Source of the DNA: the human T2T-CHM13v2.0 reference genome, Homo sapiens
Reading direction: 5' to 3' (one strand)
Assembly (NCBI RefSeq): GCF_009914755.1
Contig: NC_060930.1
Length of the DNA: 64,000 nt
In this document: positions 24,295 through 44,415 of the stretch, piece after piece
Layout of the letters: every line of letters starts with the position of its first letter
Position numbering within the stretch: position 1 is the stretch's first letter
Made by a program: the position numbers and the translations under genes
The notes under the pieces: model-generated
Databases searched by the model: none
The model's input: only the letters and a program-made list of their open reading frames with translations
Told to the model about the DNA's origin: nothing

Positions 24295-25214
24295 GACATG
24301 GAGCACAAAAGTATGCTGATTGTATTCAGAGAACATTGGGTACTTGTCCATCATAAATGTCTACAAAGTTCATTCATTTACATTTTTATATTAATAAAAA
24401 AGTTGCCCTTTTGATTGCCAGCTATGTATGCCAGATCTTTTTGACTGTTTCCAAAATTTAGTTCATTTTCAAAGGAAAAATATTTGTGAATATTGGAGAT
24501 ACTCAAACACAGACAGCATTTCCAAAAAGGAATTCTAAAAAAGAAATTGCATAATATTTGTATCTTTAAAATAAGGACATAATTCTTCAGAATGCCTCTT
24601 TTAAAGGAAACAGCCTTCTTTTGGATGTAAGTCAGTTTGGTATGGGAGTGACAAAAATGTTATACTTTTATGTTACGACTTAGTTGATGAGGGAATTACA
24701 CAATATTTCAAGCAAAAATGAAAAATAATTCACAGTAGAAGTCAGTCTGTCTAGAATTAAATTATAGATTTGTAGAACATTAGAGTTTATGGAAATTGTA
24801 GAAATGACCAATTTCCTTATTTTATAAATAGGGAAGCAGTGCCTTAACATCTATGTAGAGCTTTGCTCTTAAAGTGCTTTAATATATTTTTTTGTGCTGC
24901 CCAAGGTCACACAACCCACTGGTACTCCATATTTAAGCTCCCAGGAGATTACTGTAGTATCTTTCACTACATCTTATGTGCATTTATTTTTGTGGAACTT
25001 GTATTTAACTTTGCCTGGTACTATAATTAGCTATTTATTTCTTTTTGACCTTCTGAATTGTAAACTCTTGAATTTGGGACTATACCTTGTTTTCTAGTTC
25101 TGTGGACAAAACAGTATTTGTAAATATTGAATAAATAAACCAAATTTCAATTTTTCCTTAGATTTAAAAATTAGTACAGTAAAGCAGAAGTTCTATATAC
25201 TTTGACTTTAGTTT

Positions 25215-25445
25215 TTTTCTTTTCAAAATAGTCTTATTGATATATAATTCATGTAAAAGTCACTTTTAAAATGTACAATTCAGTGCTTTTGGCATGTTCA
25301 CAGGGTTGTGCAGCCATCACTATAATCTAATTTTAGAACACTTTTGTCTCTTCTTAAAAAGAAATCCCTCACACTCATGAGCAGTCATTTCCTATTTCTT
25401 CCCACCGCACTGCCCCAGCCCTAGGCAACCCTGAACACTTTCTCT
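25215..25445 (-). mobile_element. L1M 3' terminus
   Basis: tatataattcatg..gtacaattcagtg..gttgtgcagccatcactataatctaattttagaacac..cccagccctaggcaacc. Confidence 0.75.
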
Positions 25446-25679
25446 TTTTAATATTAGATTGACAGTAAGATTTTGAAACCATGGGATTAGGTAAAAGTCA
25501 TGGAAATATAATTCTAATTCATTGTGATAAATTTACTACTTTATCTTAGAGAATTTGATAGTTTTGAGTTTTCTTAGTACTATCTAGGGCAGCTTATGTT
25601 AAATGCTATGTAAATCATATCTATAAAATATGCACAGTAATGTACTTTTAATAGAAATTATTTAGAATACAGTACAAGT

Positions 25680-25875
25680 AAAGTATAATGGGAAAAATGC
25701 TGAATTTGGAATCACAAGATCTAGATTTGATTCCTTACTTGTTTGATCTTATGTAATACCCAAGTGACATATCAGTCCTCAGTTTTGTCTTCTAGACAGT
25801 GGGAATAATTTACATTCCACATATTTTAGAAAGCTGTTATAGGACCAGTGTATTAATGTTTATGAATTTGCTATG
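25680..25875 (+). mobile_element. MIR
   Basis: tttggaatcacaagatctagatttgattcct..cctcagttttgtcttctagacagtgggaataat. Confidence 0.6.
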
Positions 25876-27571
25876 CAGAGCTAGAGTATTAGGGAAATCA
25901 AAATATTAAATTTCCTATGAATAAAAACAACAAATAACAATCAATGACAATATTTACCTACATTTGAGTTTCTCACCATGCACTGCTGAAATGCGTTTTG
26001 AAAACAGTGACTAACTCAAACTTCTGTGTGTCTCAACTGAGGCGGAAGAATGTTGAATACTAACCACCTTAGGTCTTTCTGCAATGCAGGGTCAGTTCAT
26101 TTTTCTTCTTTCCTGGGGCACACAGCCAGCTTCCATATTGAGGTACATTCTCTGCCAGTAAAATCATACTATTTCCAAACAACTTAGATTCAAACTGGGG
26201 CTACATAAAAGGGTCCATGTCTTCAGAGCAGGACTAATAGCCCCTGAGTCTGCAGCATCTAGTCAAATGAAGTATTTTGAAGTCTTTATTCAATCCAGAA
26301 TTAGGGCAGCCATAATTTTAAAAATCTATACATTAGTAATCTTAGATGCTGGGAAGGCTTGAAGAAGGAAGATCTTTCTTGAATTTCAATAATAATTAAA
26401 CATTCTGGTAAATCTCAAGTGGTTTTGCATAATATGTTTTTTGAGAGTGTGATTTTGATAGGTAGTGAATAACCTGAATTAATGACCATAATGACTGAGT
26501 GCTGTTTTGCATTAATTCTTGAAACAAAACCTAGATTGCTTCCTTACATGGCCTGTCTTTGTGGAAGATCCTTATACGGTGTGGTGGTAAAGAAAGGGGA
26601 ACATTTGCTCCATTTTGAAGTAATTGCTTCTAATGGAAGCCTAATGACCTATTATGCTTATTTCTAAAAGCTGAGCAGTAAGCTTGATAGGAAGCTAGAG
26701 AAAGATTGGAGAAATTATGTCATATAAACCAAAATTTCAGGAAGTTGCATGTGGTTGAGAATCAGTACCTCATTAGACAACTTAATAATTCAATAGTTTA
26801 CTTATGCCAAATGTCATCCTTACTTTAAAAGCTGGAGTGATTTCTAGAAATGTGTCCACATCCTTGCGGGTTAGGGTACGGGGCAGCTTCTGGCCAGCTG
26901 TCGTCCAGGTGTCTTATGGTTTTTCCGAGTTTCATATGCAGATCAAACAGGGCAGTGAGAGTAGAGTTTTCCTGTGGGTATTGAAATGGTAACATTTAAT
27001 AACCTATGGTGACTTTGGATATTCTCAAGTTTAGCTTCCTGATTTTTTCAAGATCAGGAGACAGAAGCTTAAAAGAGTTAATCCTATAGGATTAATTAGT
27101 AGTGGCAATGACCAAACTGCGATGATATGGATATATTCCATTTTTGGATTTCATGGGACTGTACTACCAAAGTGTATTTTATATGTTTCTAATTTGGACT
27201 ATTGACATCAAATGAATCAAATAGTTGGAGTAAATGATTTACTTGAAGGTGGTTCCAAAAATTAATTAATGAAATGTATCTCTTTAGATAAAACACATAT
27301 GGTAACATCTTAACAGCTGTTGAGTCTGGTTGTCAGTATATGGGTATTTATTTTACTCTTTTTTCAATTATTCTGTATGCTTGAATATTTTTATGATAAA
27401 ATGTCTTATAGGTAACAACAACCCTATTCTAATAAAAGCTTGTCAGATTACTTGAGCCCTTGCATACTTTACTGTTGAGCATCATAAAAGAACTTGAAAT
27501 GCTTTTGTTTTTGGATTCTTCATGTTTCAACTTCAGATGGTGACAAGTGCAAAATGGCTTAAAAGTGCCTT

Positions 27572-27927
<356 letters not shown>

Positions 27928-28691
27928 TTAGCTCATTTACATTTAACTGAAACACATTTAAAAATTCATTTTTTCCTTTTGCAAAAGCTAGGCATGCCTA
28001 CTATAAAAGTTTGCAACTTTTCAAAGCATGAAATATGTAGAGTTGATACCCTCATTTATTATATTTTACTAATTCCTGTAGAGATGAGCAACAAAATTGT
28101 CCTTTATGAAAGCTGTCATTCTCTAAAATTCGATATAGTAGGAAAGTTGGTGTGTAACCTTATTTAACAAGGCTTGCAACTGATAACTTTTGTTGAGACA
28201 GGCATGGGGGCCCTTCTTTTGGTGTTGACATAATATCTTTTTGTCTTTCTTATTCATCAAGGTTAGTAGAAAGTTGTCAAGTTTCTATTCTTAAGCTCTA
28301 GAATTATCCTGGTCTTTATCTATGAAAGAAGCATAAACTTTGTCAAAGGAATGATTTACTCATAATAAGTCAATGTAAAGCCCATTCATAACTATACCTT
28401 TTTGTTTTGCTTTTCTCATTTCTCTGAGTCATTACTTAAAGCTGGTGCTTTATAATTTGACTTAATCACATATGGTGTGATTCTTTTAGCACACATACTG
28501 TTGTTTTTAAATCATTACATTTTAAACTTCTTTATATCTAGAATTTTTACACTGCCAGATAACCTGAATTTTCCCCTGCTTATCTGGTGAAAGAATGATA
28601 GGAATTACAATGTTTGAAACATAGGGTTGTTCCTTATTTACTGAAAATTATATGGAACAACATATATCATTCTGGCTTCCAAGGATGAATC

Positions 28692-29545
28692 TGTCAACGA
28701 AAAGAGTCAAACTCTGTAATATTTGAAGAGATTTATTCCAAGCCAAATATGAGTGACCATGGCCCATGACACAGCCCCAGGAGATCCTGATAACATGTGC
28801 CCAGGGTGATCAGGGTGTAGCATGGTTTTATACATTTTAGGGAGAAAATAGACGTCCATCAATACATGTAAGATGTACATTGGTTTGGTCCAAAAAGGCG
28901 GGACAACTTGAAGTGGCTTCCATGTCGTAGGAGGATTCAAAGATTTTCTGATTGGCAGTTGGTTGAAAGAGTTCATCTAAAGACCTGGAATCAATCGAAG
29001 GGAGTGTCTGGGTTAAGATAAGGGGTTGCAGAGACCAAGGTTCTTATTATTGCAGATGAAGCCTCTAGTTAGCAGGCTTCAGAGAGAATAGATTGTAAAT
29101 GTTTCTTATCAGACATAAAAACGTACCAGACTCTTAATTAATTCTCTCCTGGATAGGGAAAAAGACCTGGAAAGGGAAGGGGATTCTCTATGGAATGTAG
29201 ATTTTCCCCAGAAGAGACAGCTTTGCAGGGGCATTTCAAAATATGTCAAAGAAATATATTTTGGGGTAAAATACTTACATTTCTTTCAGGGCCTGCTATC
29301 TGTCATGTTGATATCTTGTTACTAGAGAGAGTCTGTTTTGTCAATCATAAGGTCGCTGTATTAATGTTAATGCTAGTCAGCTGTGCCTGAATTCCAAAGA
29401 GAGGAAGTTATAATGAGGCATGTCCAACCACCCATTCCCATCACGGCCTGAACTAGTGTTTCAGGTTTACTTTAGAATGCCCTTGGCCCAGAGGAGGGAT
29501 CCATTCAGTTGGTTGGGGGCCATAGAATTTTACTTTTGGTTTCCA
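28692..29545 (-). mobile_element. ERV1 solo LTR, MER4 family
   Basis: Ends tgtcaacgaaaagagtcaaactctgt.. and ..aattttacttttggtttcca match MER4-type termini in antisense; 4-bp TSD aatc at 28688-28691 and 29546-29549. Confidence 0.88.
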
Positions 29546-30829
29546 AATCAGAATGAATATTGCTAGACTAGAAATAACTCAAAGGTTGTTGGAGAATTTT
29601 AAAATGTATTTATTTATTTATGACATCTAGTTTGTGCTCTTGATTAATTGCTCTTGATTAACCTCCCTCGTCTTTAAATTAAATCAAAATTAGCAAATAT
29701 TTATTGCGGTCTAGGAGAAATCTCATTTAAGGCACAAAGCACTGTGTAAAGCAGTAGAATGTTTTCTTTACTAATAAAGGACAGAAATTGAAGACCAGGA
29801 ATTAACCAGCCCATGTATTTCCTGATATATACCTGATTTAGTACAGGTGTATTTGGGGAAATGGGGTGGTTGGTTAGGGCTGGAAGAAAGTGAGGAAGAG
29901 TACTCAATTAAGTAGTTCTCATGATATTATTTTATATTGAAAAAATCTTTAAGAGGTTAAACAAATAATTAAGGTAATTAACGAAGCAGTGAGGGACACA
30001 CTGGGTTGGAGGCGGGAGGTTATTATTCTGGACATACCTTTAACTGTGAGGAGTGAAATGGATATGTCAACTATGCTGAAACTTGTTTTTTTTAAATCTC
30101 TAAGTTGATTTTGTAAGGTATAAAAAATGTTTTTTAGAAAAACCTCTGAATGTCAAAGAAGTATAATGACAGCTTGAATATGCATATACAGCAAATCACT
30201 TATAATTTTGTTTGGCAAATGAAAATAGATTTCATTAGCTTTAAAATAGCATTTACACTTTTACTCTTGGATATATTAAAAAGAAAGTGCACATTTTGTA
30301 AAATGTAGTAGAAAGGAAGGAAGAAGAAAATAAAACTTACCAGTTAACCATACTATTCAGAAGGGAATATTATTAATGTCTTACTTTCATTTCACTCTTC
30401 TTTTCTGTGTGTACACAGGCATACCCCCATCTTATCACACATAGCTTTACTGTGCTTTCCAGCTGTAGCATTTTTACAAATTGAAAGTTTGTGGCAACCC
30501 TCTGTGAAACAAGTCTATCAGTGTTGTTTTTCCAACAGCATGTACTTTGTGTCTCTGTGTCACAGTTTGGTAACTCTTGCAATATTTCGAACTTTTTCAT
30601 TATTATTATATGTTATTTTACCCAGTGATCAGTGATCTTTGATGTTACTATTGTAATTGTTTTGGGCACCTCAAACCACACCCATATAAGATGCTGAACT
30701 TAATCGATAAATGTTGTGTGTGGTCTGACTGTTCCATCAACACACCATTCCCATCTCACACTTTCCTTGGGCCTCCCTATTCCCTGAGACATAACAATAT
30801 TGAAATTAGACCAGTTAATATCCTTACAT

Positions 30830-32300
30830 TGGCCTCCAAGTGTTTAAGTGAAAAGAAGAATTGCACAATGCTCACTTTAAATAAAAAGCTAGAAATGATT
30901 AAGCTTAGCAAGGAAGGACTGTCCAAAGTCAGGATAGGTCAAAAGCCAGGCAGGCCTCTTGCATCCAACAGTTGGCCAAGTTGTGAATGCAAAGGAAAAG
31001 TTCTTGAAAGACATTTAAGGTGCTACTCCAGTGAAAACACAAATAATAAGAAAGCAAAATAGCCTTACTGTTGATAGTGAGAACATTTTAGTGGTCTGGA
31101 TAGAAGATCAAACCAGTCACAACATTTCCTTAAGCCAAAGCCTAATCCAGAGCAATGCCCTAACTCTCTTCAATTCTATGAAGGCTGAGAGAGTTAAGGA
31201 AGCTACAGAAGAAAAGTTTGAATCTAGAAGAGGTTGGTTCATGAAGTTTAAGAACAGAAACCATCTTCATAACACAAAAGTACAAATAATAAGCAGCAAA
31301 TGCTGATGTTGAAGCTGCAGCAAGTTATCCAGAAGATGGAGCTAAGATAATAGATGAAGGTGGCTACACTAAACAACAAATTTTCAATGTAGATGAAACA
31401 GCAGCTTTCAATTAGATGTCATCTGGCACTTTCATAGCTAGAGAGGAGAAGTCAGTGCTTAGCTTCGAAGCTTCAAATGACAAGACTGTCTTGTTAGTGG
31501 TTAATGCAGCTGGTGACTTTAATTTGAAACCATTGCTCACCTACCATTCCAAAAATCCTAGGGCCCTTAAGAGTTATGTGAAATCTATTCTATCTGTGCT
31601 CAATAAATGGAACAACAAAGCCTGGATGACAGCACACCTGTTTGCAGCATGATTTAATGAATATTTTAAGCTCAATGTTGAGACCTACTGCTCAGAAAAA
31701 AAGATTCTTTTCAAAATATTACTGCTATTGACAATGTACTGGTCAACCAAGAGCTCTGATGGAGAGTAATGCTATTTTCATGCCTACTAACTCAGTATCC
31801 ATTCTTCAGCCCATGGATCGAGATGATATCTTGATTTTCAAGTCTTATTATTTAAGAAATGTTTCATAAAGCTATAGCTGCTAAAGATAGTAATTCCTTT
31901 GATGGATTTGGGCAAAGTAAGTTGAAAAGCTTCTGGAAATGATTCACTGCTCTAGATGCTATTAAGAGCATTCTTGATTAATGGCAGGAGGTCAAAATAG
32001 TGACATTTACAGGAGTTTGGAAGAAGTTGATTCCTACCCTCATGGATCATCTTGCGGGGTTCAAGAGTTCAGTGAAGGAAATAACTACAGCTGTGGTGGA
32101 AATGGCAAGAGAAGTAGAATTAGAAGTGGAGCCTGAGGATGGGAATGAATTGCTGCAATCTCGTGGTAAAACTTGAATTGTTGGAAAGTTGCCTCTAATG
32201 GATGAGCAAAAAAAGTGGTTTCTTGAGATGGAATCTACTCCTGGTGAAGATGCTATGAACATTATGGAAATGACAATGACAGATTTAGAATACTACACAA
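30830..32300 (+). pseudogene. Disrupted Tigger1 (pogo-family) transposase
   Basis: Frameshifted pieces: TLNKKLEMIKLSKEG (N-terminal HTH), [33 protein letters not shown] (CENP-B-type HTH), [39 protein letters not shown] (DDE domain); multiple stops. Confidence 0.9.
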
Positions 32301-32620
32301 ACTTAGTAAAGTAGTGGCTTTGAGAGGCTTGAGAAGAACAAATCCAGTTGTGAAACAAGTTCTAATGTGGACAAAATGCTACCGAGACATCTTTCATGAA
32401 AGGAAGATTCAATAAATGGGGCAGACAGGAAGAATCAGTGAATGGAGCAGACATCATTGCTGTCTTATTTTAAGAAAATGTCAGTCAACCCTTAACTGAG
32501 CAACCATCAAATCAGGGCAAGACCCTCTACCAACAAAAAGGTTATGACTTGCTGAAGGCCCAGATAGATAATCGTTAGCATTTTTTTTTGCAATAAAATA
32601 TTTTAAAATTAAGGTATGTA

Positions 32621-33480
<860 letters not shown>

Positions 33481-35233
33481 TGTATTATTTTTCTTAGACA
33501 TAATGCTATTGCACACTTAATAGAGTAGTTTAGTGTAAAATAGCTTTTTTATGCACTGGGAAACCAAAAAAATTGTGTGACTCATTTGCTTTGTTGTGGT
33601 GATGTGGAACGAAACCTGCAATGTCTCTGAGATACGCCTGTATGCATGTAAAGCACCTTTGCACAAATTTAGAATTGTCTTTTATAGAATTCCTTTTGTT
33701 TTTATGAATTTTTTTTGTTTGATTCTCCCTAATAGTACTTTATAAGCATATTTGTATTTCTTTAACTATTTTATGTCATATTTTTAGGGCAGTGGTAAAC
33801 ATTCTGTTGCATTTTGTGTTCTGGACAAATAGCTTTCTGATTTTGATCTTATAAGGTTGCAATGAATTTTTTATGCATATCTTTTACTGTAACAAATGAT
33901 TGTGTTTTGTTAGGATAGGTTTCTCTGTGTATGTGCTGGATCAAAGGTTATATATTGCGAGGTGGCTTTCCAGAAAGGCTGTCCCAATGTCTACTCCTAT
34001 AGCATATGAGAACACTCATCTCGCCACACTCTGATTAGCCTTGAATTTTATAATTTTTATATCTTTGTTAATTTGAGCATTTTATGCATCAGTGATTACT
34101 TGTAAGAATTTTTTGTTATATTTATTGACCCTTTGTCCATGACAAATTGTTTATTTCCTTTGAGGTGGTATACGTGTGTTTGATGTTTCAACACGTGGTT
34201 AACATCTCTTTGATGTTAAGAAATGCCAATTACTAGGAAGCAGTTCTGTCATCGAAGTAATGAGGTATATTTTTCCCTAAGTATTTGAGAACAAAATTTC
34301 AGTCTTTATCGTAAAAACTTTCGATATTTCATGAAAAAAGTAGACATTCCAATGATTTATTAAAAATACCTAGTCATTGATATATCCATTAGTTCCTAAA
34401 AAGAAAGCAGAAGTTACAAGAATGGGCCCAGCATTATTAAAATAACTAGTATTTTTAAGGGAATTTACTTTTATATTTTAATTAATTCAGAAATGGTCTA
34501 GTCAACTCTTGACACAGCAGTGGTATATCAATACTCAGAGCCTCATATGATTTCCATCAAATAAAATGTTTGAATTATAGGGGTGTGTTTGAAATATGAT
34601 GCTTTCCAGAATATGAATTCTACCTCTGCATCCTGTCTCCATTTTTCTGCTTCCTTGTAATTCCAGATCCACTGGGCTTTAAAATTAGATACTGTTTTAC
34701 ATTTGATTATGTTACTTTCGAGGTCTATGAGCCCTTTTCACATCTAGGCAGTAGAAACAGTAAGTCATATCTCTGAGCTCGTAAGGTAAACCATGCATGG
34801 CCATGTCTTACCCAGCACATTGCCTACACATGTATAAGGTATGCCATATATGCTGTAGTTATACTCCGTGTGGCCTTCTGAAAAGCCATATAGGATTATG
34901 AGAGAAAAAGAAGAGTGTGAAGTGGGGCAGCTTCCACTCAATTATGAATGATGTTGCCTGAAGAAATCAATTAGCTGATTTTAAGGCTTTAAAGAATTAA
35001 AAATTGCATGTTGTTACTATACTTCATAAAATTCTAGGCTGATCTGCAAGATTATGAAACTGACTTTAGACTAATATAATTTGTTTAAACTCAGGAGCTT
35101 TGTATAAATGAATTATTATTATTCAGCTAATGGTGTGTTCTTTCTATCATGAAGAAGTTGTCTTTTTCTGTCATGTGTCTCCCCAGTACAATATGTGGAA
35201 TACTTTGTAATTTTTTTTCAACTTTGAATATTA

Positions 35234-35608
<375 letters not shown>

Positions 35609-38477
35609 CTAGTCTCATATTTATGGAAGAATCCACTTCTCACGATATATCGTTGGCTTCCCTGCAGCTCTCTGTTGCTATTGAGTAAAACTCTATTGCC
35701 TTGAAAAAGTTATTCCAATTACTAATGAACACAGATCTCTCTTTGGAATGTCTTGGTCATTACCCCTTGGATCTTAGGCTAATGGTATCACCTTTGTACC
35801 AGGTCATAGGACCTTCTCAGTTAATCCTATTTTCCATGACAGTTATATATCCAAAACAGCACGGTACAAAATTTTTAACAAAATTAAATTTTTCATGCAT
35901 CAAAATTTTATAGCACATCTGCCAAAGGTTTGCTATACACAGAATCACAGCCCTGATATCCAGCATTGGCATATAATAGGTATGCAAGAGTACTTGATGA
36001 GATGAATTAGGATAGAATAGAACTACCAGTTTGCTAGGCAGGGCATTGATAATAGAACTTCCTTTGCTGTTTCATTATGAAACTCCAATTCCAGGTCTGT
36101 TCCCACTCTTATTTCATTGTGACCGAATAACTTTTCCATTACCATTCAGTTTTGACAAGAGATAACCTGTCAATTATTTGTATAAAATTACTTAGAAGTG
36201 AATCAATATTCTGTTTATTGTGTCACCTCTACTTTAAAACGCTACAGTCCTATTTCTTGCAGCTAATCTCAGAATCTGTTAACTTCAGTGTGGGTGCCAT
36301 TTTTTTTTTTTTTTTTTGGTATTTCATGTTTTGTATCTAACAACTGAACTTAATACTTAAGTATAAAGTAAGAAATCTTCATTTCAGATTTTCATAGTAT
36401 AAATGCAGGCTAAGTTTCCTGATATCTGGGATATTTAGAAATTAAGCAGAAGAAATTATTTTGAGGATTTTATGACAGCTTTTTACTCTTATTTTAAATT
36501 CTCCTTATCTTTCTTTGTAAATGTTTGCATTTTTGAGTTACTAAAAATAATTTTCAAGTTTTGTACCTGTCTTAGTGGCATTTATGTCCATACTGCAAAA
36601 ACTCTTTCTTGGAAATTTAATATAGTATATGTTTTGTGATTTTTTTCATGTCTTAACATTTTAATTTGAGGTTATTTGCTTGTTATAACCAAATGGAAAT
36701 ATATTCTAATTGTACCTTGTCGACCTGAAATGTGACAATGCAGTGATTGGTGATCATAAATGAACTTAGTTTTATTCAGTACTATTTGTAAAACAATGTT
36801 TGACATTGGGAAGTTAAACAACTGATCTCTTTGTTATTTTGATGTGATGACATCATCCTACACAAAACACAACTTCAAATCATATGCAGCTTATCCATGC
36901 ACAGATGTAATTACCAATACAAACCAAAAGAGAGAGCAAGAAAGAGAGCGAGCTAGAGGGTGTCTATGACCTATAATAATTAGCATTTTCAGTAACAACA
37001 TCTGTTGCTGACAATATTGGCAGTAGCACAGGAAAAAGCAATCATTAAAATTAGCTAATGCTCAGTTTAAGTGCTACACAATGTACTGACATTTTCAATA
37101 TTTTCATTAGTTTTGCATTTTCTCATTCCAGTAAGTATCTGTTTTCAAGTTTGCATGAATGCCTTGTATTATATTAAAAATGTTTCTCAGACCTTCTCTC
37201 AAATTGATCTGGGTCTTAAAGCAGTATTTCCAGTGGGTCAAAGTAGCACTGATGCAAACTCTTAGAAATATAGTATCCAACACTCTCGAATTGGATTCTA
37301 TAAATTTGATCTTACATAATTTAGATACTGAATTAGAAATTCTCCATAACCTGCAACACACATTTTCCTAAAATCTCATTGTCTTAGCTTTCTTGAGTTT
37401 TTATCCTGGAATTTCTGTTTGAGGTTTAAGTGCCAATATTAACTTTAAAAATTTAGTGAAGTGTAAGTCAATTAGAATAATTTTACAGGTGACCTGCAAT
37501 TCCTCGCTCAGAGAGAGATCTGTTACCCAGGATGCTTCAGGTGAACGCCTGTAAGGAGGAGAGAAGTGAGGGGCTGTGGCTCCACCACATGATGTCCTTG
37601 GCCTCATTGTACATCCTTTACCCATTTATTTGCTGGTTTGTAAATATGTTAAAGTGAAAGAAGAAAAGTAATTTTCTCTTTAAAGGTAAAACTCACTAGT
37701 GAATCAACATTTGAATCATTTACTAAGATACATAAACAAATATGGAGTCTGCAAAATTGCTTATGAGAATCAATGTTGAGCCAGAAATTATGTTTCTGCA
37801 AATATTTTGATGAGCTGAAATATTTTCTATGTATGTCTTGTTAATCCTGTCTTTAACAAACTGGATCTCTGTTGAACCCTATTCTGGGAGATAGTGTGTA
37901 CTGTGAAAGTGATTTCTGTGGCCCAGTTTGGAAAATTCTGCAAATTATGCTTTCCTTTGGAGCTGCACGATGCACATTATATTTTTAAGGCTATGGGAAG
38001 TTCTGCTATTTAACTTTGTTCATCTCAATATTCTCTAAACATCTTCTCATGTCAATATTTTCTAAACATCTTCTTTTCTTCTGAACCAACTTTTACCATG
38101 GAAATAAGTTTAGGAAATGCTCTTTCTGCTATACCAACATTTCACTGATAATCTTGTTTGAGAAAATTTGCAAAAAGGACCATAGGTTTCACTGGGTAAA
38201 GGCTAGTTGTCTGATTTTTTGGGCACTTTGAAACTTTGATGACATTATCCTGGTGGGCTTGTACACTAGACTTCATCAGTACACTTAGAGATGGACACTC
38301 ATCATCATGATCAAAATTCACCAAAAACTTCTGTATAAACTACAGTACATTTTTTCATTATTTTGGTAGTTTCTTGTCCAAAGACTGTTGTGCCCATGAA
38401 TCTGTATAACTTAGAAGGTCAGAGATAAACTGGAAGAGATTGAAACAAGAACAAGGACTGATGAAATAACCTTGCTT

Positions 38478-38588
38478 TAGAGTGACCTTGTTTTGTTTTA
38501 TTTGGGACTGTCTCAGCATTAGCATTGAAATCCTCTTGCTCTGAGAAACCCCTCAGTCCCAGATAAAGCAGGCTGGTCAATCACTCTA
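38478..38588 (+). mobile_element. MER81-like hAT MITE
   Basis: TIRs tagagtgacc..aatcactcta; internal gggactg..agcattgaaa..gaaacccctcagtccc; about 110 bp. Confidence 0.75.
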
Positions 38589-38646
38589 CTGCCTTCTAAC
38601 ACAAATCTTGTGTTCCCCAGATTTCATTTTCATCTCTCCACACTAA

Positions 38647-38996
38647 TATGATTGTTAATTTTGTGTGTTAACTTGGTTAGGCCATGGTATCCGGATTTTT
38701 GTTCAAACTAGATGTTTTATGCAGTTATTTTTTAGAGATGAGATTAACATTTAAATCAGTCAACTTCTAGTAAAGCGGATTATCCTCCATAATGTGGGTG
38801 GGTCTCATCCAATCAGTTGAAGGCCTTAATAGAAAAAGACTGACCTCCTCAGAAGAAAAGGGAATCCTACTAGCAGATGGCCTTTGGACTTGAAGAGCAG
38901 CTCTTCCCTGGGTCTCCAGTCTGCTGACTTATTCTGCAGATTTTGGATTTGTCAAGCCTTTGCAATCATGTGAGCCAATTTCCTAAAATAAATCTC
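38647..38996 (+). mobile_element. ERVL LTR, MLT2 family (3' end disrupted)
   Basis: tatgattgttaattttgtgtgttaacttggttaggccatgg..cctccataatgtgggtgggtctcatccaatcagttgaaggcct..catgtgagccaatttcctaaaataaatctc. Confidence 0.85.
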
Positions 38997-38999
38997 ATC

Positions 39000-39330
39000 A
39001 GTAAGGTGGTGGAATAGAAGTTATCGGGCCTCATTCTCTGTTCCCCTCTCTCCCAGAAATTCAACTAACAACTATCATCAGGCAAGAATACCATTGTGAA
39101 TAACCCAGAACTTGAGACATCCACTTGACCACAGAACTGAGAAAAGCTGTGGCTGAACAATAAGCGGAACAGTTTTCTTTGACTGTACCACCCCTCCCCC
39201 AAGCTGGAACAGTGGCACACACAGAGAATTTCCCTAGACCCATGGTTTCTACAGGGGGAAAAGTGAATTGGAGGAGGATATTCCATTTCCTCGCCATTTT
39301 GGGTCCCTTTGTGGGAGGGAGATATGTGAA
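39000..39330 (+). mobile_element. Probable L1M 5'UTR fragment
   Basis: aaggtggtggaatagaag..cacacagagaatttccctagaccatggtttctacagggggaaaagtga resembles old L1 5' ends. Confidence 0.5.
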
Positions 39331-39479
39331 GGACATGAAAAAGTTCTTGTGTGGCTATTTTAGAAAGTACTTGAGATAGGTTTTATCTCAGACATCCACA
39401 CACGACCTCTCTCTCTATGTGCTTTGCTGGCTCCAATTTGTTTGGGTTTGAGAAGAGTAATTTCATCTTGGTATCTGCA

Positions 39480-44158
<4,679 letters not shown>

Positions 44159-44159
44159 C

Positions 44160-44415
44160 TAAATGCATGTTGTATGATTTCATTCATATCACATTTTAGA
44201 AAGGCAAAATTATGGTTATGGAAAGCAGTTCAATTGTTGACAGGGGCTTGAGAATTGACTACAAAGGGACATGAAAGGACTTTCTAGAGTGTTAAAAATG
44301 ACCTATATGCTGATTGTGGTGGTGGTCCCGCTACTGTATACATTTGCCACGACTCATCAGATTGTGTACTTAAAATTTTATTTTAAATTAATTATACTTC
44401 AATAAAGCTGACAAG
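44160..44415 (+). mobile_element. Older L1M (L1MC/ME-like) 3' end
   Basis: tgtatgatttcattcata..aaaggcaaaattatgg..gattgtggtggtggt..attatacttcaataaagctg. Confidence 0.7.

Noticed and set aside
30691-31652. Domesticated TIGD-like gene
   Set aside because: The transposase is broken by frameshifts and stops; it is an ordinary Tigger1 fossil.
36844-37011. C/D-box snoRNA (GTGATGA ... CTGA)
   Set aside because: Boxes too far apart, no terminal stem and no evident guide sequence.
38020-38075. Tandem duplication of about 27 nt (tcaatatt(c/t)tctaaacatcttct)
   Set aside because: Ordinary slippage inside a probable old hAT/MER fragment.
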